Assembly (NCBI RefSeq): GCF_000012905.2
Contig: NC_007494.2
Span: 360,001-392,000, forward strand
From: Cereibacter sphaeroides 2.4.1
GTDB taxonomy: Bacteria; Pseudomonadota; Alphaproteobacteria; Rhodobacterales; Rhodobacteraceae
Length of the DNA: 32,000 nt
Reading direction: 5' to 3'
Shown: positions 8,876-17,200 of the stretch, piece by piece
How the letters are laid out: each line of letters opens with the position of its first letter
How positions within the stretch are numbered: position 1 is the stretch's first letter
Made by a program: the position numbers and the translations under genes
The notes under the pieces: model-generated
What the model was told of the DNA's origin: nothing
Databases searched by the model: none
Seen by the model: the letters and a program-made list of their open reading frames with translations, nothing else

Positions 8876-9799
8876 TCACCCTCGGGATGTGCCGGCGCGC
8901 TGATTCTCGCCTCGGGTTGCGCGGACGGCCGGCCGGGCGGGGGCAAGCGTCACGATCGCGAGCCCCGCAAACAGAAGGGCCGCGCCCAGAAGCCGCTGCG
9001 CCGTCACCGCCTCGCCCAGAACGACGATGGCCAGGATCCAGGCGGTGAGGGGCTCGACGAGCGAGAGGGTGACGGCTGTCGAGGTGGCGAGCCCCGCGAG
9101 ACCCCGCGTGAAGAGCGCATAGGCGACCCCGGTCGTGACCGCGCCGAGGAAGAGGAGCGCGGGCCAGGCGCGCAGATCCGCAACCCAGCTCACCGGCAGG
9201 AGGAAGAGCGCCGGTGCCGCAAGCAGCATGGCTACGCCGAAGGTCGCCGCGGCCAGCGTGTCCGAGGGCACCTGCGCGCCCACCCGGCTCGTCGCCACCG
9301 AATAGGTGGCATAGGCGGCGCCAGCCGCAGCCGCGAGGGCTGCGCCCGTCAGCGAGGCGCTGCCCGCGCCCGCCCCGGCCACCAGAAGCGCCGCGCCCAG
9401 CACCGAAAGGACCTGCCCCGCCGCCCGCACGCCCGTGGGCAGACGACGCAGCACGGCAGCCTCGTAGAGCGTCACCCAGACCGGGGCGCTGCCGATGGCG
9501 ATGGCGGTGCCGACGCCCACGCCCGCCTGCGTCACGGCGACGAAGAAGAGGAGGTTGTAGAGCCCGATGGCGAGGCCCGCGACCAGCACCGGACGCCAGG
9601 GCAGCCGGCGGAAGGCGCGGCGGCTCTCGGGCAGGCGGAGCGCCATCAGGGTGAGGAGCGTGGCGCCTACGGCGAGCCGGATGGCGGCAACGATCAGGGG
9701 CTCGCGCTCGGGCGGAAGAAGGCTCTGGACGGTGCCCGTCGTGCCCCAGAGGACGGCGGCGAGGATGACGCAAAGGAGGCTGAGGCTGCGGGACGGCAT
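8876..9799 (-). CDS. EamA/DMT-superfamily transporter
   Basis: 307 aa with about ten hydrophobic helices and a duplicated EamA-like architecture. The N-terminus SLLCVILAAVLWGTTG is typical of the family. Confidence 0.85.
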   Translation of the reverse strand: MPSRSLSLLCVILAAVLWGTTGTVQSLLPPEREPLIVAAIRLAVGATLLTLMALRLPESRRAFRRLPWRPVLVAGLAIGLYNLLFFVAVTQAGVGVGTAIAIGSAPVWVTLYEAAVLRRLPTGVRAAGQVLSVLGAALLVAGAGAGSASLTGAALAAAAGAAYATYSVATSRVGAQVPSDTLAAATFGVAMLLAAPALFLLPVSWVADLRAWPALLFLGAVTTGVAYALFTRGLAGLATSTAVTLSLVEPLTAWILAIVVLGEAVTAQRLLGAALLFAGLAIVTLAPARPAVRATRGENQRAGTSRG

Positions 9800-9872
9800 G
9801 GGAAGAGCTTTCGGAAAGGATGGGCGATCCTGGCACGGGGCGGTGCCAGCGGTCTTGTCCGCCCGTCCCGCT

Positions 9873-10592
9873 TCATGGGCCGGGCGTCCCCCAGAGCGCG
9901 CGCCATGCGCCGGGCGTCCTTCCGGTCTCGCGCCGCATGGCGCGCGTCAGCGCGGCCTGATCCGAAAAGCCGAGCTCCGCCGCCAGCTCCGCGAGGGAGC
10001 GGCCGGGCTGGCGCAGGGCCCCCTGCGCCAGCGCGATCCGCGTCGCTGTGACGAGGCGGGCGGGCGTCGTGCCGCGGGCCTCCGCAAGCGCCCGGTAGAG
10101 CGCCGAGCGGCTCATCCCCGCGATCCGCGCCATCCGGTCCACGGTCCAGTCGAGCGCGGGTTCGGCGCGGATGGCGGCCTCGAGCGGTGCGAAGGGGCAG
10201 GGGCGGGCATTCTGCCAGAGGCTGTCCAGAAGAAGCCGCAGCAGCGGGCCGCCCACCCGCTCGGGCAGCGTGCCGGTGGCCGCCGAAAGATCCGCGAATT
10301 CGACGAGCCGCCTCGCGGCCTCGGGCACGGGCAGGAACCGGCGGTCGAGCGCGCCCTCGGGCAGGGCCGCAGCCGGCAGGTCCAGCACCAGCGACCGATT
10401 GAGGCCGCAGCCCTGCTGCGCGTGGGGCTCGCCCGGCGCGATCACGGCCGAAACTGCCTGCGACAGCCGCGCGCCGTGCCCGCCCACCTCGATCTCGAGC
10501 GTGCCGGCCATCTGCAGGACGAGCTGCGCATGGTCGTGGTCGTGCAGGGTTCCGGCGCCGGAATAGCTGCGGATATGCAGGGCCTGGGTCAT
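9873..10592 (-). CDS. AraC-family transcriptional regulator (cupin-like N-domain plus AraC HTH)
   Basis: C-terminal WTVDRMARIAGMSRSALYRALAE ... LAAELGFSDQAALTRAMRRETG. Start chosen at MTQALHIR (10592); an alternative ATG lies at 10664. The rest of track ORF 9873..11414 is antisense to the SDR gene. Confidence 0.8.
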   Translation of the reverse strand: MTQALHIRSYSGAGTLHDHDHAQLVLQMAGTLEIEVGGHGARLSQAVSAVIAPGEPHAQQGCGLNRSLVLDLPAAALPEGALDRRFLPVPEAARRLVEFADLSAATGTLPERVGGPLLRLLLDSLWQNARPCPFAPLEAAIRAEPALDWTVDRMARIAGMSRSALYRALAEARGTTPARLVTATRIALAQGALRQPGRSLAELAAELGFSDQAALTRAMRRETGRTPGAWRALWGTPGP

Positions 10593-10706
10593 GGGCGGGA
10601 TCCTGTCGCGCGCATCGTCCGGCTTCTCCTGCCACAAGTTCCGCCGCGGTGCCATCTCCGCCATGAGGTCTCTGGACCTGCGGCGCCGGCGCCCTAAGCT
10701 CGGGAC

Positions 10707-11384
10707 ATGAGACAAGCCCTCGTGACAGGCGGCGCCGGCCTCATCGGCGCAGGGATCTGCCGGACGCTGCGCGCGCACGGCTGGAAGGTGGCCTCCTTCG
10801 ATCTCGAGGAGGCGCCGGAAGCCACGCGCTCGGTCCGCTGCGACGTGACGGACGAAGGATCGGTGGCGACCGCCATGGCCACGCTCGGCTAGTCCGAGTT
10901 GGATCTCCTCGTGAACAATGCGGGACGGGCCGATCCGGTCACGGGCCCCATCGCCGAGCTCACGCTCGCCGACTGGCGGCGGATGACCGACAGTCACCTC
11001 ACAGCAGCCTTCCTCATGGTGCGGGCGGCGGTGCCGCTCCTGCGGCCCGGCGGATCCATCGTGAACATGGCTTCGACCCGCGCCTTCATGTCCGAGCCCG
11101 ACACGGAGGCCTATGCGGCCTCCAAGGGCGGTCTCGTCGCACTGACCCAGGCGCTCGCGGTGAGCCTCGGGCCGCGCCTGCGGGTGAATGCCATCGCGCC
11201 CGGCTGGATCTCTGACGGCGACGGGCTCCGGGACATCGACCATGCCCAGCATCCGGCGGGCCGTGTCGGCCGCCCGGAGGATGTGGCCGACACGGTGCTC
11301 TGGCTCACCGACGCGGGCTTCGTGACCGGTCAGGTCATCGTCGTGGATGGCGGCATGATGCGGAAGATGATCTACGCAGAGTGA
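10707..11384 (+). pseudogene. SDR-family oxidoreductase interrupted by an in-frame TAG (10890-10892)
   Basis: Track ORFs 10707..10892 and 10899..11384 share one frame. Together they read TGGAGLIG ... ATLG*SELDLLVNNAG ... YAASKGG. These are the Rossmann, NNAG and YxxxK motifs of one classical SDR, split by the stop. Confidence 0.8.
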
Positions 11385-11416
11385 CGTCGAGGCCGCCGGA
11401 TCGTCTGCCGGCACGG

Positions 11417-11430
11417 TCCGACCGGTCGGA
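11417..11430. terminator. Perfect 14-bp palindrome TCCGACCGGTCGGA downstream of the SDR gene (possible terminator stem)
   Basis: Read directly from the sequence, about 33 nt after the SDR stop codon. No U-tract follows. Confidence 0.25.
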
Positions 11431-11634
11431 GAGCACGCCGAAGGTCAGGCAAATCCGAACGGCAGGCCGCGAGGCGCGCGGAGGCGATGCGGCAGGCTCT
11501 CGGATGATGAAGGCCAAAGTCTCGCGCTCAACTCCGCCTGGAGAAAAGCGGCTCCCGAGCCTTCGTGCATGACGGAACCGAACCTCCTCCCGGCGGCACT
11601 TTGATTACATAATCTTGCTTATCAGATAAAGATG

Positions 11635-13239
11635 TGTAAGCGCAAAGTAGAATTGTCGCATCCAAGCAAAGTAGAACTGTCGCCTCTTCCTGTCGGGACA
11701 ATGGAGGATCGGCGGCATGGGATGGGTGCTGATGAGCGAGCGCGAACTGAACCGCATCGAGATCCTGTCGAAGGTGCTCGATCGGAGGATGACGACGACG
11801 GAAGCCTCGGTTCTGCTGGCGATCGGCCCGCGTCAGGTGCAGCGTCTGCTGCGACGGTTGCGCGAGGACGGCGCGGCGGCAACGCGGCACGGGTTGCGCG
11901 GGCGACCGTCGAACCACCGCCTCTCGCCGGGATTGCGGGACCTTGCGCTGGCCCTCGTGCGGGAGACCTACGTCGATTTCGGCCCCACGCTCGCGGCCGA
12001 GAAGCTGGCCGAGCGCGACGGCCTGCATGTGTCGCGGGAGACGCTGCGGAAGTGGATGGTCGAGGATGGGCTCTGGCTGTCGCGTCCTCAGCGCCGGAGG
12101 TTTCACCAGCCGCGGCTGCGGCGCGAGCACCTGGGCGAACTGGTTCAGATAGACGGGTCCGATCATCATTGGTTCGAGGATCGCGCACCAGCCTGCACGC
12201 TGCTCGTCTTCATCGACGACGCGACGAGCCGGCTGATGGAGATGCGCTTCGTGCCCTCCGAGAGCACCTTCGCCTATTTCGCGGCGCTGGAGTGCTACCT
12301 GACGCGGCACGGCAGGCCCACGGCTTTCTACTCCGACAAGCATTCGGTCTTCCGCGTGGCGAGGCAGGACGCGCGGACCGGCCATGGCATGACGCAGTTC
12401 GGCCGGGCGCTGGCCGAGTTGAACATCGAGATCCTCTGCGCCAACTCCTCGCAGGCCAAGGGCCGGGTCGAGCGGGCGAACCGCACCTTGCAGGACCGGC
12501 TGGTCAAGGAGATGCGGCTTGCAGGCATCAGCGACATGGAGGCCGGGAACGCCTTCCTGCCCGGCTTCATCGAGCGGCACAACGCGCAGTTCGCCAGGGT
12601 GCCTGCCCGGCCGGACGACCGGCACCGGCCGCTGAACCTGCCCCCGGACCGGCTGGCCGACATCCTGTGCTGGCGCGACCAGCGCTACGTCGGGAACCAG
12701 CTCACCTTCACCTACGAGCACCGGCGGATCCTGCTGGAGGAAAGCGACCTCACGCGCGGCATCGTGGGGAAATACGTCGACACCTACGCCTTCCCGGACG
12801 GACGTTTTGAAGCTCGATGGAAAGGCATCTCGCTCCCCTACCGCAGCTTCGATCCCGAGCAGCAGCATGTCACCCACGCGGCCATCACCGCGAACAAGCG
12901 GCTCAGCGACGTCCTGGCGCTGGCGAGGAGCCTGCAGGAAAGCCAACCCCCGCGCGTGAGCCGCGTCGGCCGGCAGCGCACAGTCTACGAGCCGACGGGT
13001 CGGCGGAACGACGGCTGGAATTCGAAACTGGCCCGCCGCGCCAGGCAGCGGGCGGACGGGACGGCGAAGCCTCCCGACATCGCGGCGGAATGACCGTGCG
13101 GACCCGGAGCGTTCCGCCCCCGCCGGCCCCGTCCCTACGGCCCTTCCTGACGAGAGCGGGCCGGGGCCGGCTCAGCCCTGCGACACCGGGACGACATTTC
13201 TACTTTGCACGCCAGGCGACACTTTAACTTGGTGACAAC
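11635..13239 (+). mobile_element. Insertion sequence, ISNCY-like, ~1.6 kb, single transposase
   Basis: A candidate 6-bp direct repeat AAGATG flanks the element at 11629-11634 and 13240-13245. The subterminal repeat GCAAAGTAGAA(T/C)TGTCGC occurs twice at the left end (11642-11659, 11666-11683) and once inverted at the right end (13192-13208). Exact tips are uncertain. Confidence 0.65.
11717..13093 (+). CDS. ISNCY-family (rve/DDE integrase-core) transposase
   Basis: N-terminal HTH (MSERELNRIEILSKVLDRRMTTTEA) followed by a DDE core: VQIDGSDH, FYSDKHSVF, GRVERANRTLQDRL. Length is 458 aa. Confidence 0.85.
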   Translation: MGWVLMSERELNRIEILSKVLDRRMTTTEASVLLAIGPRQVQRLLRRLREDGAAATRHGLRGRPSNHRLSPGLRDLALALVRETYVDFGPTLAAEKLAERDGLHVSRETLRKWMVEDGLWLSRPQRRRFHQPRLRREHLGELVQIDGSDHHWFEDRAPACTLLVFIDDATSRLMEMRFVPSESTFAYFAALECYLTRHGRPTAFYSDKHSVFRVARQDARTGHGMTQFGRALAELNIEILCANSSQAKGRVERANRTLQDRLVKEMRLAGISDMEAGNAFLPGFIERHNAQFARVPARPDDRHRPLNLPPDRLADILCWRDQRYVGNQLTFTYEHRRILLEESDLTRGIVGKYVDTYAFPDGRFEARWKGISLPYRSFDPEQQHVTHAAITANKRLSDVLALARSLQESQPPRVSRVGRQRTVYEPTGRRNDGWNSKLARRARQRADGTAKPPDIAAE

Positions 13240-13346
13240 AAGATGGAGGCCGCTGGACGCCGCTCGCCCACCGGGCTAGAAGCCCTCAGATGGCCGGATC
13301 CGGCGGAGCCTCGGGGCGCCAGCGGATTACCGGCGGTCGAGGCTAA

Positions 13347-13436
13347 GGAAGCGTGGCCGAGTGGTTTAAGGCTCTGGTCTTGAAAACCAGCGACGGTGCG
13401 AGCCGTCCGTGGGTTCGAATCCCACCGCTTCCGCCA
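13347..13436 (+). tRNA. tRNA-Ser (anticodon UGA), class II with long variable arm, CCA encoded
   Basis: Acceptor GGAAGCG/CGCTTCC; anticodon stem CTGGT/ACCAG with loop CTTGAAA; variable-arm stem GACGG/CCGTC; T-arm GTGGG-TTCGAAT-CCCAC; discriminator G plus CCA. Confidence 0.9.
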
Positions 13437-13609
13437 ATTCCTACCCCCCTTGTGACCAAGTTTTTAAGGCATTGCAAGTCAAATATGAGGTCGGCGGAGA
13501 AGGATGGTGACCAAATCGTATCACACTTTGGGTCACATTTAGGGACACGATATGCCTTGCGTGTCGGCGTGTTCCCCGGCAGATTCACGCGGTCACACGG
13601 AGGGTCCGC

Positions 13610-14902
13610 ATGAGCCGCTTGACCGGCCTCAACAAGCGTGAAGGAACCTGGCGCATCCGCCGCCGGGTGCCAAAGCGGTACAAGCACATCGACGGCCGCG
13701 AGTTCGTGAACCTCTCCCTGCACACGGACAGCATGGACGTCGCGCGCCAGAAGGCGCCGAAGGTCTGGCAGGACATGCTCGAGGCGTGGGAGGCCAAGCT
13801 TGCTGGCGACACTCGGGACGCCGAGAAGCTGTTCGAGGCGGCTCGGGAACTGGCGGCCAATCGGGGCTACCGGTTCCTGCACGCGCGCGACGTGGCGCAG
13901 CTATCGCGGGCCGAGCTCGAGGCGCGGCTCGCGGCCTATGAGCGCGCCGGTGCCGCGCCGGCCGAGCCTGATCCGATCGAGGCTGCAGCTGTTCTGGGCG
14001 TCGTGGCTGCTCCGAAGATCACCATGAGCCGCGCGCTCGAGATCTATTGGGATGTGGCGGAGAAGGCCAAGACGCGCGGGAAGAGCGCGGATCAGATCCG
14101 GCGCTGGCGCAACCCGCGAATCAAGGCCTTCCGCAACTTCATTGAGGTGGTGGGAGACAAGGCGCTTGAGGATCTCGTGCCCGACGACATGCTCGACTTC
14201 ATGGCGTGGTGGGAGGATCGGCTGGAAACCGAAGGGCTCACCCCCAACAGCGCCAACAAGGATCTGGCACATATCGGCTCGACGCTGCGCGAGGTCATCA
14301 AGAAGAAGCGGCTTCCGATAAACCCGCCACTGAGCGGCTATGCCCTGCCCGAGGGGGAGAAGCGGAAACGACTGCCATGGTCGGACGACTGGATCAGAGA
14401 CAAGCTGCTTGCCCCCGGCGCGCTGGCCGGCCTCAACTCCGAAGCCCGCGCCATCATGCTCATCATGCTGAACACCGGCGCCCGGCCGTCCGAGCTCCAG
14501 GCGCTCACCTCAAGCCGGATCGTGCTCGACGCGGATGTCCCGCATATCTCGATCGAGGGCGAGGCTCGGACGCTCAAGAGCCCGCGAGCGCGGCGGAAGA
14601 TCCCGCTGACCGGCGTGAGCCTTGAGGCGGCGAGGCGCCACCCGGAAGGCTTCCCCCGCTACCAAGACAACCCTGCCCTCTCGGCCACCGTTAACAAGTT
14701 CCTGCGCGAGAACGGGCTCACCGAGTCGCCGAAGCACACGCTCTACGGCTTCCGGCACTCGTTCGAGGACCGTTGCCTCGCCGCTGGTATTGATGAGCGG
14801 ATCAGGCGCGACCTACTCGGGCACGCCCTGACCCGAGAGGAGTATGGCGCCGGCGGCACGCTCGAGCATGTCCACCGGCTGCTGCTGCCCATCGCGCTCT
14901 AG
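13610..14902 (+). CDS. Tyrosine recombinase / phage-type integrase
   Basis: 430 aa. C-terminal catalytic region NTGARPSEL ... YGFRHSFEDRCL ... RRDLLGHAL..EEYG follows the R..HxxR..H..Y pattern. The gene is adjacent to a tRNA. Confidence 0.85.
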   Translation: MSRLTGLNKREGTWRIRRRVPKRYKHIDGREFVNLSLHTDSMDVARQKAPKVWQDMLEAWEAKLAGDTRDAEKLFEAARELAANRGYRFLHARDVAQLSRAELEARLAAYERAGAAPAEPDPIEAAAVLGVVAAPKITMSRALEIYWDVAEKAKTRGKSADQIRRWRNPRIKAFRNFIEVVGDKALEDLVPDDMLDFMAWWEDRLETEGLTPNSANKDLAHIGSTLREVIKKKRLPINPPLSGYALPEGEKRKRLPWSDDWIRDKLLAPGALAGLNSEARAIMLIMLNTGARPSELQALTSSRIVLDADVPHISIEGEARTLKSPRARRKIPLTGVSLEAARRHPEGFPRYQDNPALSATVNKFLRENGLTESPKHTLYGFRHSFEDRCLAAGIDERIRRDLLGHALTREEYGAGGTLEHVHRLLLPIAL

Positions 14903-15600
14903 GCGCCATGGGCCGGGTAATCCCCGGCGAGCGTGCGGAGGAACGCCAGCGCCTTCTTGTCGGTCAGGCCGGCAGCGTTGCGCGCGGCCATAAGCGTGGC
15001 GTCATCACAGTCCAGCAGCACCCGCGCCGCCTCTGCGACGGTCGGCGGCTCCGGCTCGGCTGTCACGATGCGCAGGGCCGCGGGCTTGTATATCTTGCAG
15101 TCGGGGTTCAGCTCCTCTATCCGCCGCAATCCCACTGCGAGGGCATCATCTTCGCTGCCGCCTGTCACCTGCACAGTTCGGAAACCCATCGTTGTGGCGG
15201 TCTCGCAGAAGGCGGTCACTGCCCACACGGCCCGCGCCGCCGTCTCGGCGCGGGCTTTGGTAATGGCCGAGATCACCGCAGTAGCTACGGTGGCACAGAA
15301 GACGCTTGCCTCGGGGCCCTGCAGCAAATCCGATTCCTCGCTCGGAATGGGAATGTGCTCATTGATGCCGTCCCGCATCGCTCGCATGGCTTCCCACACC
15401 CCGCAGTAGTTGCTCATCGCGACGTCAAGGGTGCCCCGCAGCCGGTCGCGCTCGGCGGCGAGGGCGCGGAGAACCCCTGCCGCTTCCCTGACTTGCTTCC
15501 CTCTGTTGAACAGGTCGGCGTCTTCAAGACTACCAGCGGCCCCTGAAAGGTTCATCGCCAGCCGCTCCACCGCGCTCGTGCTCGTGTCGATCTCGGTCAC
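14899..15600 (-). CDS. Hypothetical protein (233 aa), last gene of the island small-gene operon
   Basis: The GTG start at 15600 overlaps the upstream stop (GTGA). GC3 is high and no domain is recognised. Its stop overlaps the integrase stop in a CTAG tetranucleotide. Confidence 0.6.
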   Translation of the reverse strand: MTEIDTSTSAVERLAMNLSGAAGSLEDADLFNRGKQVREAAGVLRALAAERDRLRGTLDVAMSNYCGVWEAMRAMRDGINEHIPIPSEESDLLQGPEASVFCATVATAVISAITKARAETAARAVWAVTAFCETATTMGFRTVQVTGGSEDDALAVGLRRIEELNPDCKIYKPAALRIVTAEPEPPTVAEAARVLLDCDDATLMAARNAAGLTDKKALAFLRTLAGDYPAHGA

Positions 15601-15812
15601 CGGCCGCCCTCCTTCTTGTCGACCATGCCCCGCGTGAACTGTGCCTCACACAGACCGCAGGTGCAGTGGCGAAACTCCTTATCCGGCTCGTCTTGGTAGC
15701 CGATCCCGCGCACGATCATCGCCACCTCCGGATGCGGGCAGCCGAGCTGGATTTCCCGGATGCGCGCCTCGGCGGTGGCGATCTGTTTCTTCAGGTCTTC
15801 GATCAGGCTCAT
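15597..15812 (-). CDS. Hypothetical 71 aa protein, coiled-coil N-terminus plus Cys/His cluster
   Basis: The ATG at 15812 is preceded by GAGGAGG and overlaps the upstream stop (ATGA). CPHP ... HCTCGLC suggests a zinc-binding motif. Confidence 0.6.
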   Translation of the reverse strand: MSLIEDLKKQIATAEARIREIQLGCPHPEVAMIVRGIGYQDEPDKEFRHCTCGLCEAQFTRGMVDKKEGGR

Positions 15813-16018
15813 GTGTGCCTCCTCTCCCGGCGCATCCGCGCCATGTCTCTCATCGTGATCTCGACAGCGCCGGCGGCCACGGCGCGCGCCCGCCGGCTCA
15901 GGCAGATGTCGAAGTGCTCGCGCCCCGTGCCGGCGTGCTGCAGGTGCCGCCGGTCGAGCCCGATCCGGTCGGCCATATCGAGCAGCTCGGCCGTGCTGTC
16001 CGCCATCATGTGGCTCAA
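15809..16018 (-). CDS. DUF4031-like protein (short form, 69 aa)
   Basis: SHMMADSTAELLDMADRIGLDRRHLQ....HFDICLSRRARAVAAGAVEIT matches the HLxAD..eLh.fA..lGl...w.q...HYD...r..A...GA pattern of DUF4031 (from memory). It has a TTG start, and the usual N-terminal YVD segment is absent. Confidence 0.6.
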   Translation of the reverse strand: MSHMMADSTAELLDMADRIGLDRRHLQHAGTGREHFDICLSRRARAVAAGAVEITMRDMARMRRERRHT

Positions 16019-16178
16019 GGGAGCAGCGGCAGTACTTGGAATCGCAGCCGCAGGACCAATTGGCGGCGCGGGCTTCCAGCCAGTCGGCGGCGGCGCGGAT
16101 GCCGTCCTCGTAGCTCTTGGCGGGCGTCGCCGGCGCGCGGCCGACGATGGCCGCCAGAATCTCGGAAAACGGCTTCAC
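16015..16178 (-). pseudogene. Small Cys-rich ORF (MKPFSEILAAIVGR...NWSCGCDSKYCRCS) lacking its own stop; probable 1-nt frame disruption at its 3' end
   Basis: The GTG at 16178 overlaps the upstream stop (GTGA) and has AAGGAG 7 nt upstream. GC3 is high to ~16020. The frame then runs on as Arg/Ala/Gly junk across DUF4031, while a TGA at 16015-16017 sits one frame away. Confidence 0.4.
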
Positions 16179-16444
16179 GACGCCGCTCCTTTCGGAACCG
16201 GGTATCCGATGGCCTTGATCGTAGCGACGGGCGCTTCCGCGACCATAGCCTCCCCGACCCAGACACAGACGCGCCGCATGTTGCAGTGCAGGCCGGGCAG
16301 ATCCTCCTGCACCGTGATGCGCGTGATGGTCGGGCGGTGCTCGGCGCCGGCCCCGTAGAGCGGCTTGCCAACGCACCAGAAAAAGCAATTGCCGTCGGCG
16401 TCCGGCCCGGTTTCCGCCCAGGCAGCTTCGATTACGTCGGTCAC
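16175..16444 (-). CDS. Hypothetical 89 aa protein
   Basis: The GTG at 16444 overlaps the upstream stop (GTGA), with GGAGAG upstream. This is the plausible part of track ORF 16175..16552 (VTDVIEAAWAETGPDADGNCFFWCVGK...). Confidence 0.55.
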   Translation of the reverse strand: MTDVIEAAWAETGPDADGNCFFWCVGKPLYGAGAEHRPTITRITVQEDLPGLHCNMRRVCVWVGEAMVAEAPVATIKAIGYPVPKGAAS

Positions 16445-16734
16445 TGCTCTCCGTCCTTCTCGGCATAGGCCGCCATCACGGCCGGCATCTTGTTGAACTG
16501 CGCGGGCGCAACGGCCGCGGCCCGCATCTTCTCGATGTCCTCGGGGCTCCACTGGTTACCCGTGATGAAGGAGCGTTCCGGCTCCGGCACATGGCTGAAG
16601 TCGGGCAGGTTCGCCCCATCCTCGGCCGCCGCCCCAAGGAGGCGGAGCGCCGCGCGGATGCAGAGCACGACATGCTGTTCTTCCGCCCGATCATCCACTG
16701 GACGGCCGATAACGTGTTCGGCTTCGCCGCCCAC
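16441..16734 (-). CDS. Hypothetical protein, first gene of the coupled operon; start uncertain
   Basis: The C-terminal ~55 aa (ANLPDFSHVPEPERSFITGNQWSPEDIEKMRAAAVAPAQFNKMPAVMAAYAEKDGEQ) look genuinely coding, with very high GC3. The upstream part is antisense to the PAPS-reductase remnant. Candidate GTG starts are at 16734 and 16668. Confidence 0.4.
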   Translation of the reverse strand: MGGEAEHVIGRPVDDRAEEQHVVLCIRAALRLLGAAAEDGANLPDFSHVPEPERSFITGNQWSPEDIEKMRAAAVAPAQFNKMPAVMAAYAEKDGEQ

Positions 16735-17200
16735 AAGGGGCTACGGCCGAACCCTGCAAGGCATGAGCCGCGTGGGCTGCGCCCCCTGCATCAATTCCGG
16801 CAAGTCCGAGCTGACGGAAATCGGCCGGCGCTTCCCCGAGGCGGTTGCCAAGCTGCTCGAATGGGAGGCGCTGGTGAAGGAAGCCAGCAAGCGCGGAGCT
16901 GCGACCTTCTTCGCCGCCGACGCGATCCCCGAAGGCGCGGCGCTGGCGAAGCGCCTCAAGCGGCAGGCCGCCGCGTGGGTGGCGCGCACGCATCCCGAGC
17001 TCGACCCCCACGGCCGCGAGTACAAGCGCGCTATGAAAGCCCGCATGGCCGAAATCAGCGCGGCGGCCCCCTGGCCGCGCGCCGACGAGTTATTCCGCTG
17101 GGCGACGACCGACCGCGGCGGGCGCCAGTTCAGTCTCCTAGAGCGCATCGCGGCCGACGAAGGCCTGTCGTGCTCCAGCCAGTATGGACTGTGCGAATGA
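16620..17200 (+). pseudogene. Phage-type PAPS-reductase-family gene remnant: 5'-truncated and frameshifted near 16753-16757
   Basis: FFRPIIHWTADNVFGFAAHKGLRPNP sits in one frame (track ORF 16591..). It continues in the +1 frame as LQGMSRVGCAPCINSGKSELTEIGRRFPEAVAKLLEWE (track ORF 16490..17200). The N-terminal P-loop (SGGKDS-type) region is absent. Confidence 0.6.

Noticed and set aside
8634-9836. N-terminal ~400 aa of track ORF 8310..9836
   Set aside because: This part is an off-frame overlap of the EamA transporter gene and is Arg/Gly/Pro-rich. Only the last 107 codons, which have their own strong RBS, look like a gene.
10890-10892. TAG in the SDR gene as a recoding event (pyrrolysine or programmed read-through)
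   Set aside because: Nothing in the window suggests Pyl machinery, and no downstream recoding structure is evident. A simple nonsense mutation or a base-call error is far more likely.
10593-11414. Upstream extension of track ORF 9873..11414 (513 aa)
   Set aside because: It is antisense to the SDR gene. AraC-family homology begins only at MTQALHIR, so the regulator was trimmed to 9873..10592.
11528-12946. 472 aa minus-strand ORF inside the IS
   Set aside because: It is antisense to the DDE transposase and has no motifs.
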